A DNA stretch of 62,676 nt, the filler included, from Sphacelaria rigidula (Eukaryota), in assembly GCA_964200075.2 (NCBI GenBank). It is 7 parts of 7 records of this genome, joined end to end, with 100 filler letters (N's around TTAATTAATTAA, not from the genome) between each part and the next. Parts side by side here need not be neighbours in the genome. Positions count along the whole stretch, not along the records: positions 8,970 to 17,838 come from CAXNAA020009889.1; positions 17,939 to 26,806 come from CAXNAA020009890.1; 5 more parts are not named here. One strand, given 5' to 3'. This document shows, piece after piece, positions 13,901-25,196 of this stretch. Under the pieces are notes generated by a model. The model had not been told where the DNA came from, made no database searches, and saw only the letters and a program-made list of their open reading frames with translations. The translations under genes and the position numbers were made by a program. Each line of letters begins with the position of its first letter. The stretch's first letter is position 1.

Positions 13901-16900
13901 AAAAAATTGGGATAAACCCCAAGAGCAGTGTTCATTTTTCCGCAGGACAACCCAGGAATCCCGAAAAAAATTGCAGGAAAACGGAAGAATTGAAAAGGCT
14001 GTGTTTTTTTCGAGCTTCATCATACACTGGCGGTTCTTCATTCGATATTTTCATGCTCAACTCAGGAACGGAGACGCGATATTCCGGCTCAGTTAATCTA
14101 CTGCATCTGCTCGAAATTTTCTGATTTTAGTATAAGAAATTGGGTGCGAATTAGCTCGGCCGTGTTTGTTAAACGACAGTCGATGCGGCGCGAGAGCTGC
14201 CGCCCCAATCCGCGAGACCAAAAATGCAAGGTGTGTTACCGGGGAGAAATCGGTGGATCCCTCGGGACCACGCAGTCGTCTCGAAGAAGGAGGAGGGTGA
14301 AGGCGAGGGTATCCATCGTACCCCCCTTGCTCCAGGGAATGTCTACATAAAAATTCGTCATCCGCTGAATGCATCAATCGGGTGTTTTACAAAGATTTCA
14401 GGAAGTACGCTACTTCCCTCGAGAATGGTAGTTACCAGACATGGCGTTTCATCACCGAGAAACATGGGCCCAAACGTTCAAGCAGCTGTGCACCTCCTTC
14501 CTAGTAGGACGATTGATACAGTATGCGCAACATGGGCCAACTCGATCATCCGTGTCGACGAAATTTTGCTATGAGAATTCAAATCCGTGTGTAGACTGGT
14601 CCAGCTCGCAAGGTACATTCATTCCAGACTTTTATCCGAGCACAACGTGTTGGCGTTATCGAGTAGGTTTTACCTGGGACGGTGACCCAAAAAAAATCGG
14701 GGGATGGGAGATCGGAACAATATAAAATGCAAGTAAATGATGAAAAAATCGGGAATTCAAGCCCAGACCACTCGAGCTTTTTTTTGCTTGGAAGGCTTCT
14801 TTGTGGGCCAGGGACAGGGTTTACCAGTTTTGCAGTAACATCACTCCCGTCGACAGCCCCCCTCCGCTGGAGGTTGGGATGTGGTCGAAAAATTTCGACC
14901 CGCCGTGATTGGGCAGGTTGCTCCCACACTTGTTCATTGTTATCCCACTGGTACATGGTGAACCCTCGTTACTGAGCTTCAGTCCCGAAAAAGTTGGGGA
15001 GAACGGGAGACTAGGACGCCCCGAAAAAGCTTTTGGAAGGTCGCAGGGCATGACATTGTTTTCATGGATATCATTTCTCATCACTTGAGGTCAGGGAACA
15101 GCATTATTTTGAAGTCAAAACGCGTGTAAATCTTGAACCGCATTGTCAAAGATCATCTGACATCGTCTGTTGAATGCCTCTCTAGACCTTCAACGTGGTC
15201 TCACACGCTTCCCGTAGAGTACAGGCTGGTCCGCCTGAAAAGCTCACCTTCCTTTAGCCATTTTTAACTGGCGATGTATCGCGAGTTGTTGACACATCGT
15301 GGTAATCAGCAAATCAGCGCGCGTCTTCAAAATGCATACAGCACTGCGATCCGAGAAGGTCCAATCACACAATACCAACTGTACTGAAGTGCGAAAGTGG
15401 AGAGAGTCGAGGGTACCATGTGCGGCGGTAGAAGCCGATATAAAAAGGCTCAGATTGAGTTTTCGATTACAGTCGGTTGTGCCGCGTGGTGCCGGACAAG
15501 CTGCGATCGTACGACAACACATGTCGCACCAGGCGCGCAGTATCCGAGACGGCACGCAGACGAGGCCCGCAGCGCACCAAGGCTTATGGTAGTAGTGTGC
15601 GCACCAACGAGCAGTTTGTGAAGACCTCCGAGCCGAAAGTAGAAGAAGACAAGTCAAAGGCGAACTTCCGGCCAAGGTTTCATCGCTAAATAGGAACCGG
15701 ATTTCGAGGCAATGACGCAAGTCTCGAGCTCATTCTTCAGTCGCTTTGGATGAAATCTTGATGTGATGTACAGAACGCATGTGCGAGCACTCTTTCGTTC
15801 CTCGCGTTGTTCGGAACAGTCTTTCGGAACAGAGTTGCCAACGTCTCACGGAGAAAACATGACACAGGGGGTAGTAAGGGGTTGACGCACGTACGTCCTG
15901 TACCATGTGTCAAAATTTTATCCAAAACAACTCGAAATCGAACAGTAAAAATGCGTCTGAATTATTTTCACCTGGTCCATCTACATATACTTTCACCTGT
16001 TTTTGACAACGAAGCGAATGGTGGGCTCGATCTTCACTCGTTTTCGATGAAATTTCGACCCGATTCACAGGATGTCTGTGCGAAGGCTCAACTGCCCGCA
16101 CCCCATGTTCTCTTTTCCGTTAATGGCAACTTTGTTTCAAAAAAACCGTCATGAAATGTTGCGTCACCAATAAATTACGGAGGGGAAACAGAATGTGGGG
16201 ACAGATTGGGCCTTCGCACAGACGTCCTGTACATTGTCAAAATTTTACGGACACAACTCAAAATTGGGCGCACGACTCGCGTTTCGACATTTCTGCTTAC
16301 ATCATGGGCGGCCCGGCTTGTAGCATGCACCCGGAGTCCAACTCTAATTAATCCCTCGCACAACGCCACGTTTCCCAGAACCGCACCTCCTCCCACGGTT
16401 AGAATCGAATGGAATGGATACAGCGTACGACAGCATACCGTGATGGAACCCGTTGCTCATGGACCAGCTGCTACTTCGCAACCGCCATCTTGATGGAAAC
16501 TATTCCGACTAGCTTCGCACAGTGACATGTATGCGTTGTCTACCGTGATTGGTGTCCTAATGGCAGAGCGGGAATTACTAAACATGACTCACCAGTTCGC
16601 GTCGTCGTTGGCGTCGATCATCGGCTGAATGCTCTGACCACGGAAAAGCCATGCCCCCGATACAACCAGCTCCTCTCCCTCCTTGCCCGTGATTTGCATG
16701 CAGCTGTGGCGTCGTTAGTACACGCAAGCCCAAAGTGGGGTTGAACTACGTCAAGAGGTAAAAAATACGGTCTGCGCTGTCGCAACATCGACAACGGGTT
16801 TGACACTCGAGATCGATCATGGCCGGTTAGAACTTGTGCGACAACTCGTCTAAACAGGGTTCTATCGACACTGTCTTTCCCTTGCTCAAAAAAATAAATC

Positions 16901-17785
16901 AACCATCCAACCGTCCATCCTCAAACAATCCTATCCATCCTTAAACAATCCTTAATTTAATTAATTAATTATTATATATATATATTGGATCACACTCGTG
17001 ATGACCCCACAAGCCAAGCACACGACCAAATTACCGCTCAACATTAGCGTCATCACTGAAGAGAGAAGAAAAACTGTCGAGTTTCGCGTCGCGGTTGGCC
17101 GGGTGATGCAGTCACGTGTGACCAGTGTGACCAATACCCGTACGTGTCGGTCTGCCATCGATTCGCCCCTCCAAAACCTCTTTTTGGCAAGTTGAACTCT
17201 CGAGGGAATTCAACCCCTCGAGGTTAGCAAGTCCTCGAGCATGTTTCGACACCCACCCGAACGCCCATTTCCTGATCTCCCCAGAGCGCTGGATGAATCC
17301 CCCGACCAGATTGGACGTCATGAACAAACGAGTGTTTTCAGCGTTGTACTTGTAACGGCAGATCCAGAGCGACCACCCTTCCGGATCGAACATCTCCCAG
17401 AACTGCTTCATGCTGTCCTCGTAAGAGTTGTTGGAGTAGATCTGAATGGAAGGAGAAAAAATACAGCAGCATGGTGTGAGGTTGCACGTGGTGACGGTTT
17501 CCCTGCGAAAACAAGGAAAGTTATCATCTACGCATGCCTGGCCTCAGGGACTCACGACCGCGGGATTAAGGAAAGTGCTTCACCCAATGCTCGGCAAAGT
17601 CGTACCTTCTTCCACACGTCGCCCACAAACGGTGACTTGGCTTCCTTGTCAAGAGTAGCCAGTGGGTGGGGGGCTTTCTTCTCAACGGGCGGCTCCGCCA
17701 AGTCTCTGGAGCCATCCTCCTCTTTCTTCTCCTTCTTTTCCTTCTTCTTATCCTCCTTCTTCTCCTTCTTTGCAGGCTGTGCTTT
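10982..17785 (-). CDS. EEF1G: Translation elongation factor eEF1B-gamma, 3' part. Exons ~17785-17606, 17441-17257, 16703-16593, 11105-10982
   Basis: Spliced product: KAPHPLATLDKEAKSPFVGDVWKK|IYSNNSYEDSMKQFWEMFDPEGWSLWICRYKYNAENTRLFMTSNLVGGFIQRSGEIRKWAFG|CMQITGKEGEELVVSGAWLFRGQSIQPMIDANDDANW|YDWTKI...GRPVLDGKCFK*. This is the EF1G C-terminal domain after a Lys/Glu linker. All junctions are GT-AG and in phase. 5' exons are lost at the gap. Confidence 0.95.
12240..12345 (-). repeat. Diverged copy of a dispersed transposon-end family (also 14990-15100 and both arms of 60066-60355)
   Basis: Reverse complement TTCCCTGACCTCAAG...CATGTCTTCCGACCT...AGTCTTCCGTTCCCC aligns by eye with 60067-60168 and with the reverse complement of 14995-15098. 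Confidence 0.6.
13075..13345. mobile_element. Old foldback/MITE-like inverted repeat inside the last EEF1G intron
   Basis: aaaacaatcaccagtgcg (~13142) pairs with cgcactggtgattgtttt (~13254), and aatttggtat pairs with ataccaaatt. Pairing continues toward the centre near 13208. Confidence 0.7.
15885..16270. repeat. Cluster of direct and inverted ~45-bp repeats, probable DNA-transposon end remnant
   Basis: cgtcctgtac..tgtcaaaatttta occurs at ~15894 and ~16222. caggatgtctgtgcgaagg (~16067) is inverted relative to ccttcgcacagacgtcctg (~16211). Confidence 0.5.
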
Positions 17786-19475
17786 CTGCTTGTACAGCAA
17801 TATATGAGCAAGGAGGGGGGGGGGGGGGGGGGGGGTGGNNNNNNNNNNNNNNNNNNNNNNNNNNNNNNNNNNNNNNNNNNNNTTAATTAATTAANNNNNN
17901 NNNNNNNNNNNNNNNNNNNNNNNNNNNNNNNNNNNNNNCAATGAGTTGCTTTATTCTGTGGTATCGTCATTTCCAGAGACAGCCACGGCTTATACACTGC
18001 CTCACGGGTGTCTGACCAGTAGTTTGACCACTGACCACGCATTCCTTTCGAGGCGGAACATGTGGGTGGGGAGAGGGGTGTACTTATGATCTTGCATGCC
18101 GTAGTCAGAATACCATTGATCTCGCATCCCTACAAGGCCGGGACGGAGCACGCCGGGTTTTCGCCGGACGGGACGGGGGTGAGGGATGGCCGAATCACGG
18201 CAGAGTGTGTGCAAGAAGCTGGCGTGTATGTGTGTAGAATGCCAAAACATCGTGATCCACTTTCATCTATTTTTATGTCGAGTAAAACCTCGTCTACTGT
18301 ACGACATGGCTGGTACTTTCCCTTTTGAGGCCTGCAGTGAAGGCTGCATCAAGTCTCATGGCATTGACACTTGTGCAGAACAACAATAATCCCCTCCTTC
18401 CACGAAGCCCTGGACGCGCTGGCTGATATGGGTGGCGACTCTTTGACAAATATGTATGTTTGGTACAACAGCGACAAAAAAACGCTCGCGTGAAAATCAG
18501 CTTTCTGGTTTAGGATTGCACCGGATCTTTGAGTGCATGTCACCAATTTTTGTTTCCGTTGGTATTGACCGATGACCAAACATTCGACTTTTGGGTTCTT
18601 GAGGCAAGAGGGTGTCACCCGCTCCCGTCCCTCACTTTGGTTTGGGTCGCTCTCCTTCGGATAGTTGCCTGTTTGGCTACGTAGCTCACAACGACTGATT
18701 TCGGGACATCTTCATATCTCTTCCTCCCACGGGCTAGCCGAGTCCCTACGGGCGAGCCTTGATAATGGGTGAAGATTTCGCCCATTTATTTTGTGTCACA
18801 TATATGATATTCCCATCGCTCCAAACCATATTGCTCCATTGCAAAATATCTAACACTGTGAAGGCCAGTTTCTGAGAAGCGAAACTCTATGCGGTCTCTG
18901 CTCTTGTGTGATCCAGGACACTACTTACGAGGTACTCGTAGGCCTCCGTAGAAAACCCCCTTACTTTATTACACGGAGATTTTTCACACTTCGTGGCTAT
19001 CGCCTGAGAAGAGGCGCCGGAGAAAGTACGGCTGTGACATGCGCCGTCATGTGGCGGTATAGACTTGGCCGCCACTCGGTAGCGGTTCAATTGGCACAAG
19101 GGAAACCACGTAGGTCAGAAGAAAGCGGGTCCAACTCTGGACAGATAGGATCGTTTCAATGTGAGGACGTGAATAGCAAAGGAAGTTTATTCGACGAGAG
19201 TCCACGCGGTGCGGGAGTGTGGATCATGATCCAATCAAACGGGGATACTGAAATGCAAGGCATGTACCGGGGGAGAGATTTGTTGATCTCCTGAGGCCAC
19301 GGATTCGTCCCGAGGATTGGGAGGGGTTAAAGTGTGACGAGGAAAATACAAGAAACACGCGAAATGGACCCCCGGGCCATACGACCACGTGTGGTTCGAC
19401 CGTATTTTGTCTCTTGTGGATAAACATAGCTCACCGCTAGATACTGCAGACATAGTGAAACAAAACGTACATTAC

Positions 19476-22400
19476 CTTTTGCCAATATGTAGACGTCCAG
19501 AACATGATCTGAATGAAAAGTTTCCAGTCGACATCGGCGGAAGCGGGCGGCGTCGAAACGACCACCCAGTCCATCTTGAACAATCCCCATATCACCATGA
19601 CCGTCAGCGGGAGCAGAGTCAAGCAAAACACCCCCTCTTCAGCGCTCGCCACCACCTGAGTGACGCCCCGAAAGGAAACGAACATTGTGGACGACACAAT
19701 ACTGGCGTTACTGGTCTTCATTATTTCCGGTACCCCTGTTGTACCCCACGACCGAGAGCTCGCTGGCTGTTTGGTCCCCAAAGAGTGAGACAATATCCCG
19801 ATAACTATCGACCTGTGTATGAACCACACTACATATGCGACCCCAGACTGACTGATTGATTGATTGATTGTCGCACCTCAACTGTTGCCCCAGGGATCCA
19901 GCCGTGGTGACATGAGAAGACTTACCCGAGACAAAAATAAAACACTCGCTCAAGTAAGGTGAAACAAGACCAGAAAAAAGTCAACAGACAAGATGAAACT
20001 AACAAACGAAAAAGAAAAAAACGAAGACAAAAGAAGAAGAACAATGAAATGGCCGATTTCTGCCACATGGCTTCGGTGGAAAAGGTCTGGCTGCGCACAC
20101 TGTGCACGAGAACCGACACAACACCCCCGGCAGCCAGTCTTCCGTGGAGCACACCGTTCTTCTTTGGCGTCAACAGTAGTTTTAATTTTGGGCGCGGTGT
20201 GAGAGATGTGCTATAAATCTCACCCGTATCGATCTAGCCCTCCCGCAACCACACTACCCCAGCGGTTGTACAGACACAAAACCGGATTTCCAAGCTCCAA
20301 CCCGAAAATGTGGCTGAACGTCAAACTCACCGCTGAGCCCCGGTAGACAGCCCACGTTAGCGCCCCAATTGACACGTACACAAAAATCCACCGTGACGCG
20401 CCGCTGATTCCAAGAAAGTCAGCGATGATGATTGGGTATAGGGCGTTGTCGAGGAAAGACGTGGCTAATGACCACACGGCATCTACGAACGCCCAGCGGG
20501 CACCGAAAGCCTTCGACACCCAGGAAATGCTGCCTCGGTGGTCCTGAATGTGTGGAATATGACCAAGTGGGACGTGGCCAATTTGCGAGGATATACGAGC
20601 ATTTTCCCCGTCATCGTCACGGCAAGTTGTTCGGACTACAGAACCGCGGCCACGAGATAGTGAGTCCTTACCGACAGAAATCATAAATTTATGACAACAA
20701 GATCTATTGAAAACACAAAACTCCATTGAAAGGAAAGCACACAGTGAGCTGAAAATGAGAAACTAAGCAGACCTTCACGTGAAAACCCAGTCGACAAGTT
20801 TTCAGAAATGTGTACACATCGAAGACATGCAGGCGCACGGAAATGACCACAGAATGGATCTTCGAAGCTCGTGAGTGAAAACACGGCGGGATGAAACATG
20901 ACCAAGTGGTAGCGTGAAATCAAATAGGCTACTTACCCTATTAATCTACTTCTGTAGTTTTTATGCTTGATGGGGACAACAAAAGCTTTTGCGCGTCATG
21001 TTGGCACAGTTACCTGGAAAGTTGTGGTGAGCTCGGCGGTGACGAGACAAATGGGTATTTGCCACATGAGAGGAAGGATCACGAAGAACGCCAACGATAC
21101 CATGAACGGCCCCGCAGCCTTCACCGCCTGTTGTTGGTGTCATCATCAATCATCAACAGCATATGAGTTGCAGAATGGCTGTCGGCACATCAACAACAAC
21201 ATGCAGCAAAAACAGCACCGTCGGCGGTGTAGCGCCAACAGCATCGTCTGGCACTAAGTCTCATCAAGGGCGGAGGAAACGGAGGGTAGAGAGCCGGCCC
21301 CGCTACACAGGTTTACTCATGAAGCGAGAACCAAAATCAGGAACATACCATACTAGCCTGAAGCGCGGAGAACGTTTGTGTCCATATTCGTAATTGCCGC
21401 TCGGATTCCAGTGTGCGGGATATCTTCGTTCGGACAATTGGGAGTGCGGAAAAACCGCTGTCGGAGTGACGGGGTGCGGGGAGTTGTCCGTCGGCAGAGC
21501 CGCGGAGTTACATTTTCCATATAGCACGTCGGGTTCGGTCGTTGTGTTTGGTGAACGGCAAATGAGCTGGTGACCACTCCGTTCTTAGAGTGTAACGCTT
21601 GCCGTTGCTGGTGGTTTGTTCAGGAGCGCGCGTCAACGGAATGAGGTACATTGGGTCCTAGCGTACTAGTCCATACCCGGCTAGAAAAGATCGGAAGGTC
21701 CCTCTTGCAAAGGGATATCAGAAAAAAAAAGCGCGAGATCCCGCAAATCCCTGGGATTTCTGTCTAGCGAGGGTACAGGGTGGATTTGAGACGAAGCTCT
21801 GTTTCGCGCATGGGCCGTGCGGGAGAAGGATGAATATGGATTTTTATACTTTTTCCAGGGTACAGGCGTAGCGCATACCCCCATTCCGATCGAAAACGGG
21901 GTTTCTGGCACGTTTGCCAACTTCTCAACATCTGGGTCAAAATAGTACCATCTTACAGTCTAAGCTCGTGAATGTATACCTTTTCGAGTCTAAAGCCCTT
22001 CCGCTCAAAATCTTAGGCAAACAGATGTTTGTCCCGGTCTCCTTGAGGGTGGAATTGCACCAACCAATTATAGGTGAAGGGATTTTGAGCCAGCAAAATT
22101 TTCTGTCTCGATAGGACACAACCTTGGCCGTGGGTTTTGACAAATATAAGTACAGTATTTCAAGGGAAGGTCGGGTAGGGCAGGTGCTTTTGAATAATCG
22201 GGTAAAATATCCAGGTAGATTGGGTACGACCTCAAATATTCCACCGAAATTTTGGGTAGATCGGATACGACCTCAAGTACTCTATCCAAATATTGGGCAA
22301 GTAGTCTCAGCAGTACCTGGGTATAGAGTATCACTTGGGTATGACCTCAACTCTCTACCCAAAATTTGGGTACTAAGATCGACTCTAATGGGAGCCGTTC

Positions 22401-23508
22401 AAAATTCCCCGTTGAAACTGCCCATTTGGCCCTTCTCCGTCGTTTTACGCCTGAGAAGAGGGCTAGGCGGAAATTGACGCCTTGGAATGACTTGCTCTAC
22501 TCATTGAGACCGTTCCAGGGCAACTTTGCATTTCCCGCTGGCTGCACTTTTATTTTTGGCCAAACACGGTTTTTCAATGAAAAACGGTCAAGCGATCAAA
22601 AACAGGGGAAATTTTTCATCACCTGACCCTTTTTACTGAAAATCCGTATTGACCTAGTTTGGCCAAAAACGAAACTGCGGCCAGCGGGAACAGCAAAGTT
22701 GCCCTGGAACGGTCTCGACGAGTGGAGCAAGTCATACCAAAGCGTCAATATCCGCCTAGCCCTCTACTCAGGCGTAAATCGCCGGAGAAGGGCAAAAGGC
22801 GGTTTTCAACACGAATTTTGAACGGCTCCCGTTAGAGTCGGCCTAAGAGTATGACCTTTAAAAAGTACCGAGTATTGGGTATAGCCTACCGAACTGCCCA
22901 TGCAGTATTTGTCTACCATTGAGTGTGGTGAGGTGGTGACGGGTTGGGATGAACTTACAGTACATTCACCGAGTTGTTGCAGTGCGGGCGCATACAACAG
23001 GTATACCTTTTCCTGGTCACTGCCGAGCAACACAGTTGTATAGCAAAGCAACAGGACCAGCCTTGCCCGATGCCAGATTTCGCAGCGTGGATGGGATGTC
23101 ATGCGATCGACCTACAGTACTGCAAACGGTGCACCTCGTTATGGGTGCCTGTGCGTAACAACCTGAATTTTCGACACGCACGGGCCGTGTTGTCCAGCGG
23201 TTGGTATCTTGCGCGTGGTGCGCCGACCGCTAAACGAATATGGTCGTCGTTGAATCCGCACTTACAGTATATTTACAGCACAATGCAGCAGTTACCTGTT
23301 CGTCTCCAAACGGTACGCCGATGTTGTAGTAGATCAAGAACACCAGGGCTCCGAAGCCAATGGAGTGCTTTCCTTTAGCACTACCCCTGTGAGGGGCCGT
23401 ATTAGTAGAATCTGCCTCCCCTCGCTCCTCATCAAATACGATAACGTCATTGTCGTCACCGCCGATAAGCGGAACTTTCAAGTCCCCGCTGTTGAGAGAG
23501 AGGTCCAT
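19476..23508 (-). CDS. APC-superfamily amino-acid/polyamine permease (PUT/LAT-like), 5' part. Exons 23508-23296, 21127-21014, 20543-20331, 19655-19476
   Basis: In-phase GT-AG exons give IGFGALVFLIYYNIGVPFGDEQ|AVKAAGPF...WQIPICLVTAELTTTFQ|DHRGSISWVSKAFG...LDNALYP...|...DVDWKLFIQIMFW, matching conserved motifs of polyamine/LAT permeases. An acceptor just before the ATG and a donor near 23676 suggest a 5'-UTR intron. Downstream exons were not found. Confidence 0.9.
19845..20200 (-). mobile_element. Retroposon (LINE/SINE) 3' end with (CAAT)n tail, in a permease intron
   Basis: ccacggctggatccctgggg...cagttgaggtgcgacaatcaatcaatc; the same terminus occurs at 37838-38160 (-) and 41545-41728 (+). Confidence 0.7.
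22373..22849. mobile_element. MITE with ~170-bp inverted arms in the first coding intron of the permease
   Basis: 22380-22546 is a reverse-complement match to 22675-22840. It is flanked by TA on both sides and splits a unit of a local GGGTAYGACCTC repeat array. Confidence 0.85.
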
Positions 23509-24317
23509 GACCTGAACGCCACCCGATAGAATTGATGAGCAGCTCGTAGATAGGCAAACTCTCCTTTCCGCACTTGACTAACGCAGCTGCGGGCTTTGTA
23601 GCTCCTACTTCGAGCGATGGTAGTAGAGGGTGCTGTCTTCTGTCTTGCGGAAAGACTATGGTAGGATTCACTTACGGAGTGTTTAGTACCAATGTACTGT
23701 CTGTACTGACTCTACTGTACTGTGTACCGTAGTGGCTAGTACTCGTTATGTACAAAGTTTGTCTTTGGAAAAAGTAGAAAGATCCGCTGCTGGACCAGAC
23801 TTACAGCCGTGCAACTTTCTTCCTCGAACTTGAAAATAGTTCCAGTGTTTCTTATAGATTATATCTCAACATTTGACGCGAAGAGCCAATGCAATCATGT
23901 CCACGTCCTCAGGAAATGGCTACCCTCTTTCGGTATGGCATGATCGCTCATCCGCTCCAAAAGAGATTATATGCACCATAATAGATTGCTTGACCCGCGG
24001 TCAAAATACCACCATAGCAAACTCACCCATAATTGTTGCGCAATGCAGTAAATGGGCGATTGAACATGAAAAATCTCAATTTTCAGTGTTTAGAGGTTTT
24101 ATTTTTGTTGTTTTGCCAATATGAGCGTGGGTTCAAGGTGGATTTTATCATGAAATCATCACATCGGCCGTTCGACGTTTGAGTTCTGACCGCGGGTCCG
24201 AAACTAATGTCCCAGTTTTGTACTTCACCCCACATTCGTGCGTTCCTGGTAGATTTCCCTAGGAGTACCGTACGGTCGGCGACATAGTTGTCGTTGCGGC
24301 TTTCGTAATTTTGCTTC

Positions 24318-24629
24318 ATGATGCTACCATCTACGCGAAAATTCCTTCTAGGAGCCGTTTTGCTCACAGGCCAGCGATCTGCGGGCGCTTTTCAACTCGC
24401 CCCTGCTGTTTCTAGAGCAAGGCCTACCTGGAGTAGGGTTGCGACGGATGCTGCTGTTGATGGCGGTACTCTGCGGCACGCTCGAGGAGGTGTGAGGATG
24501 TCATCTACTTCAACTCCAATGCAGGATATTATTGAGAGTCGTTTGAAGGAGACGCTGACTCCCACGCACCTGGAGGTCATCAATGAAAGCCACATGCACA
24601 GTGGACCTGCCACGGAGAGTCACTTCAAG
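24318..24629 (+). CDS. bolA: BolA-family protein, exon 1, with probable bipartite plastid-targeting leader
   Basis: IIESRLKETLTPTHLEVINESHMHSGPATESHFK is the BolA N-terminal signature, followed by a GT donor at 24630. The leader has a hydrophobic stretch, AGA|FQLAP (ASAFAP-like), then an R/S/A-rich region. Later exons were not found. Confidence 0.9.
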
Positions 24630-24954
24630 GTGCAATTCATGCGTAGGATAACACCCCTCTGGTTACTCCTGCAGGGTGCACGCTTGTTGTGATTGCAACT
24701 GGATATGCCAGCATATAGCGGTTGCTTGCTAAGGCAGCGATAAGAGCGGGCTCATTGTCTACATTTTTGGTTTATGCCAGGCCCCGTCTTGTTAAAAATA
24801 AAAGTGACTGTTGAATTTGTGACAATGAGAATGATCACAGTGTGACGGTCCACAACCTGATGATCACGACAAATCGCTCGCCTTTCCTGTTGAAGCCCCC
24901 CCAAAAATGATGAGAATGTGATGACGAGACAACACGCAAACAGAACAGGGATGA

Positions 24955-25196
24955 CCGGCAGAGCGACAATCACGCGCAAGGTGCACCGGCATTATCGCAC
25001 GGTGGAAACGCGGACTGTCTCTCGCACGGGGAAGAGAAGCAGTAGTAGCAGCGGCTGCTACACCAGCAGCAGCTGTGTGCGGTTGGGGGTGGGACTGCAT
25101 CAGCTGGTGCCGCTCTCTTCCTCGTGCGAGAGACCGTCCGCGTTTCGACCGTGCGACAATGCCGATGCACCTTGCGCGTGATTGCCGCCTTGCTGG
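24955..25196. repeat. Long GC-rich hairpin (~85-bp arms) in BolA intron 1
   Basis: 24967-25038 versus the reverse complement of ~25114-25184 differ at about five positions; weaker pairing extends outward. Confidence 0.85.

Noticed and set aside
11400-15700. Apparent repeated protein motifs (FPDL, PPIS, LKxxNFE) suggesting a decayed viral or DIRS gene
   Set aside because: The similarities trace to DNA-level direct and inverted repeats, frames are full of stops, and no recombinase, RT or capsid motif was seen.
16952-16985. Natural TTAATTAATTAA run resembling the spacer
   Set aside because: No flanking Ns; part of an AT microsatellite in an intron.
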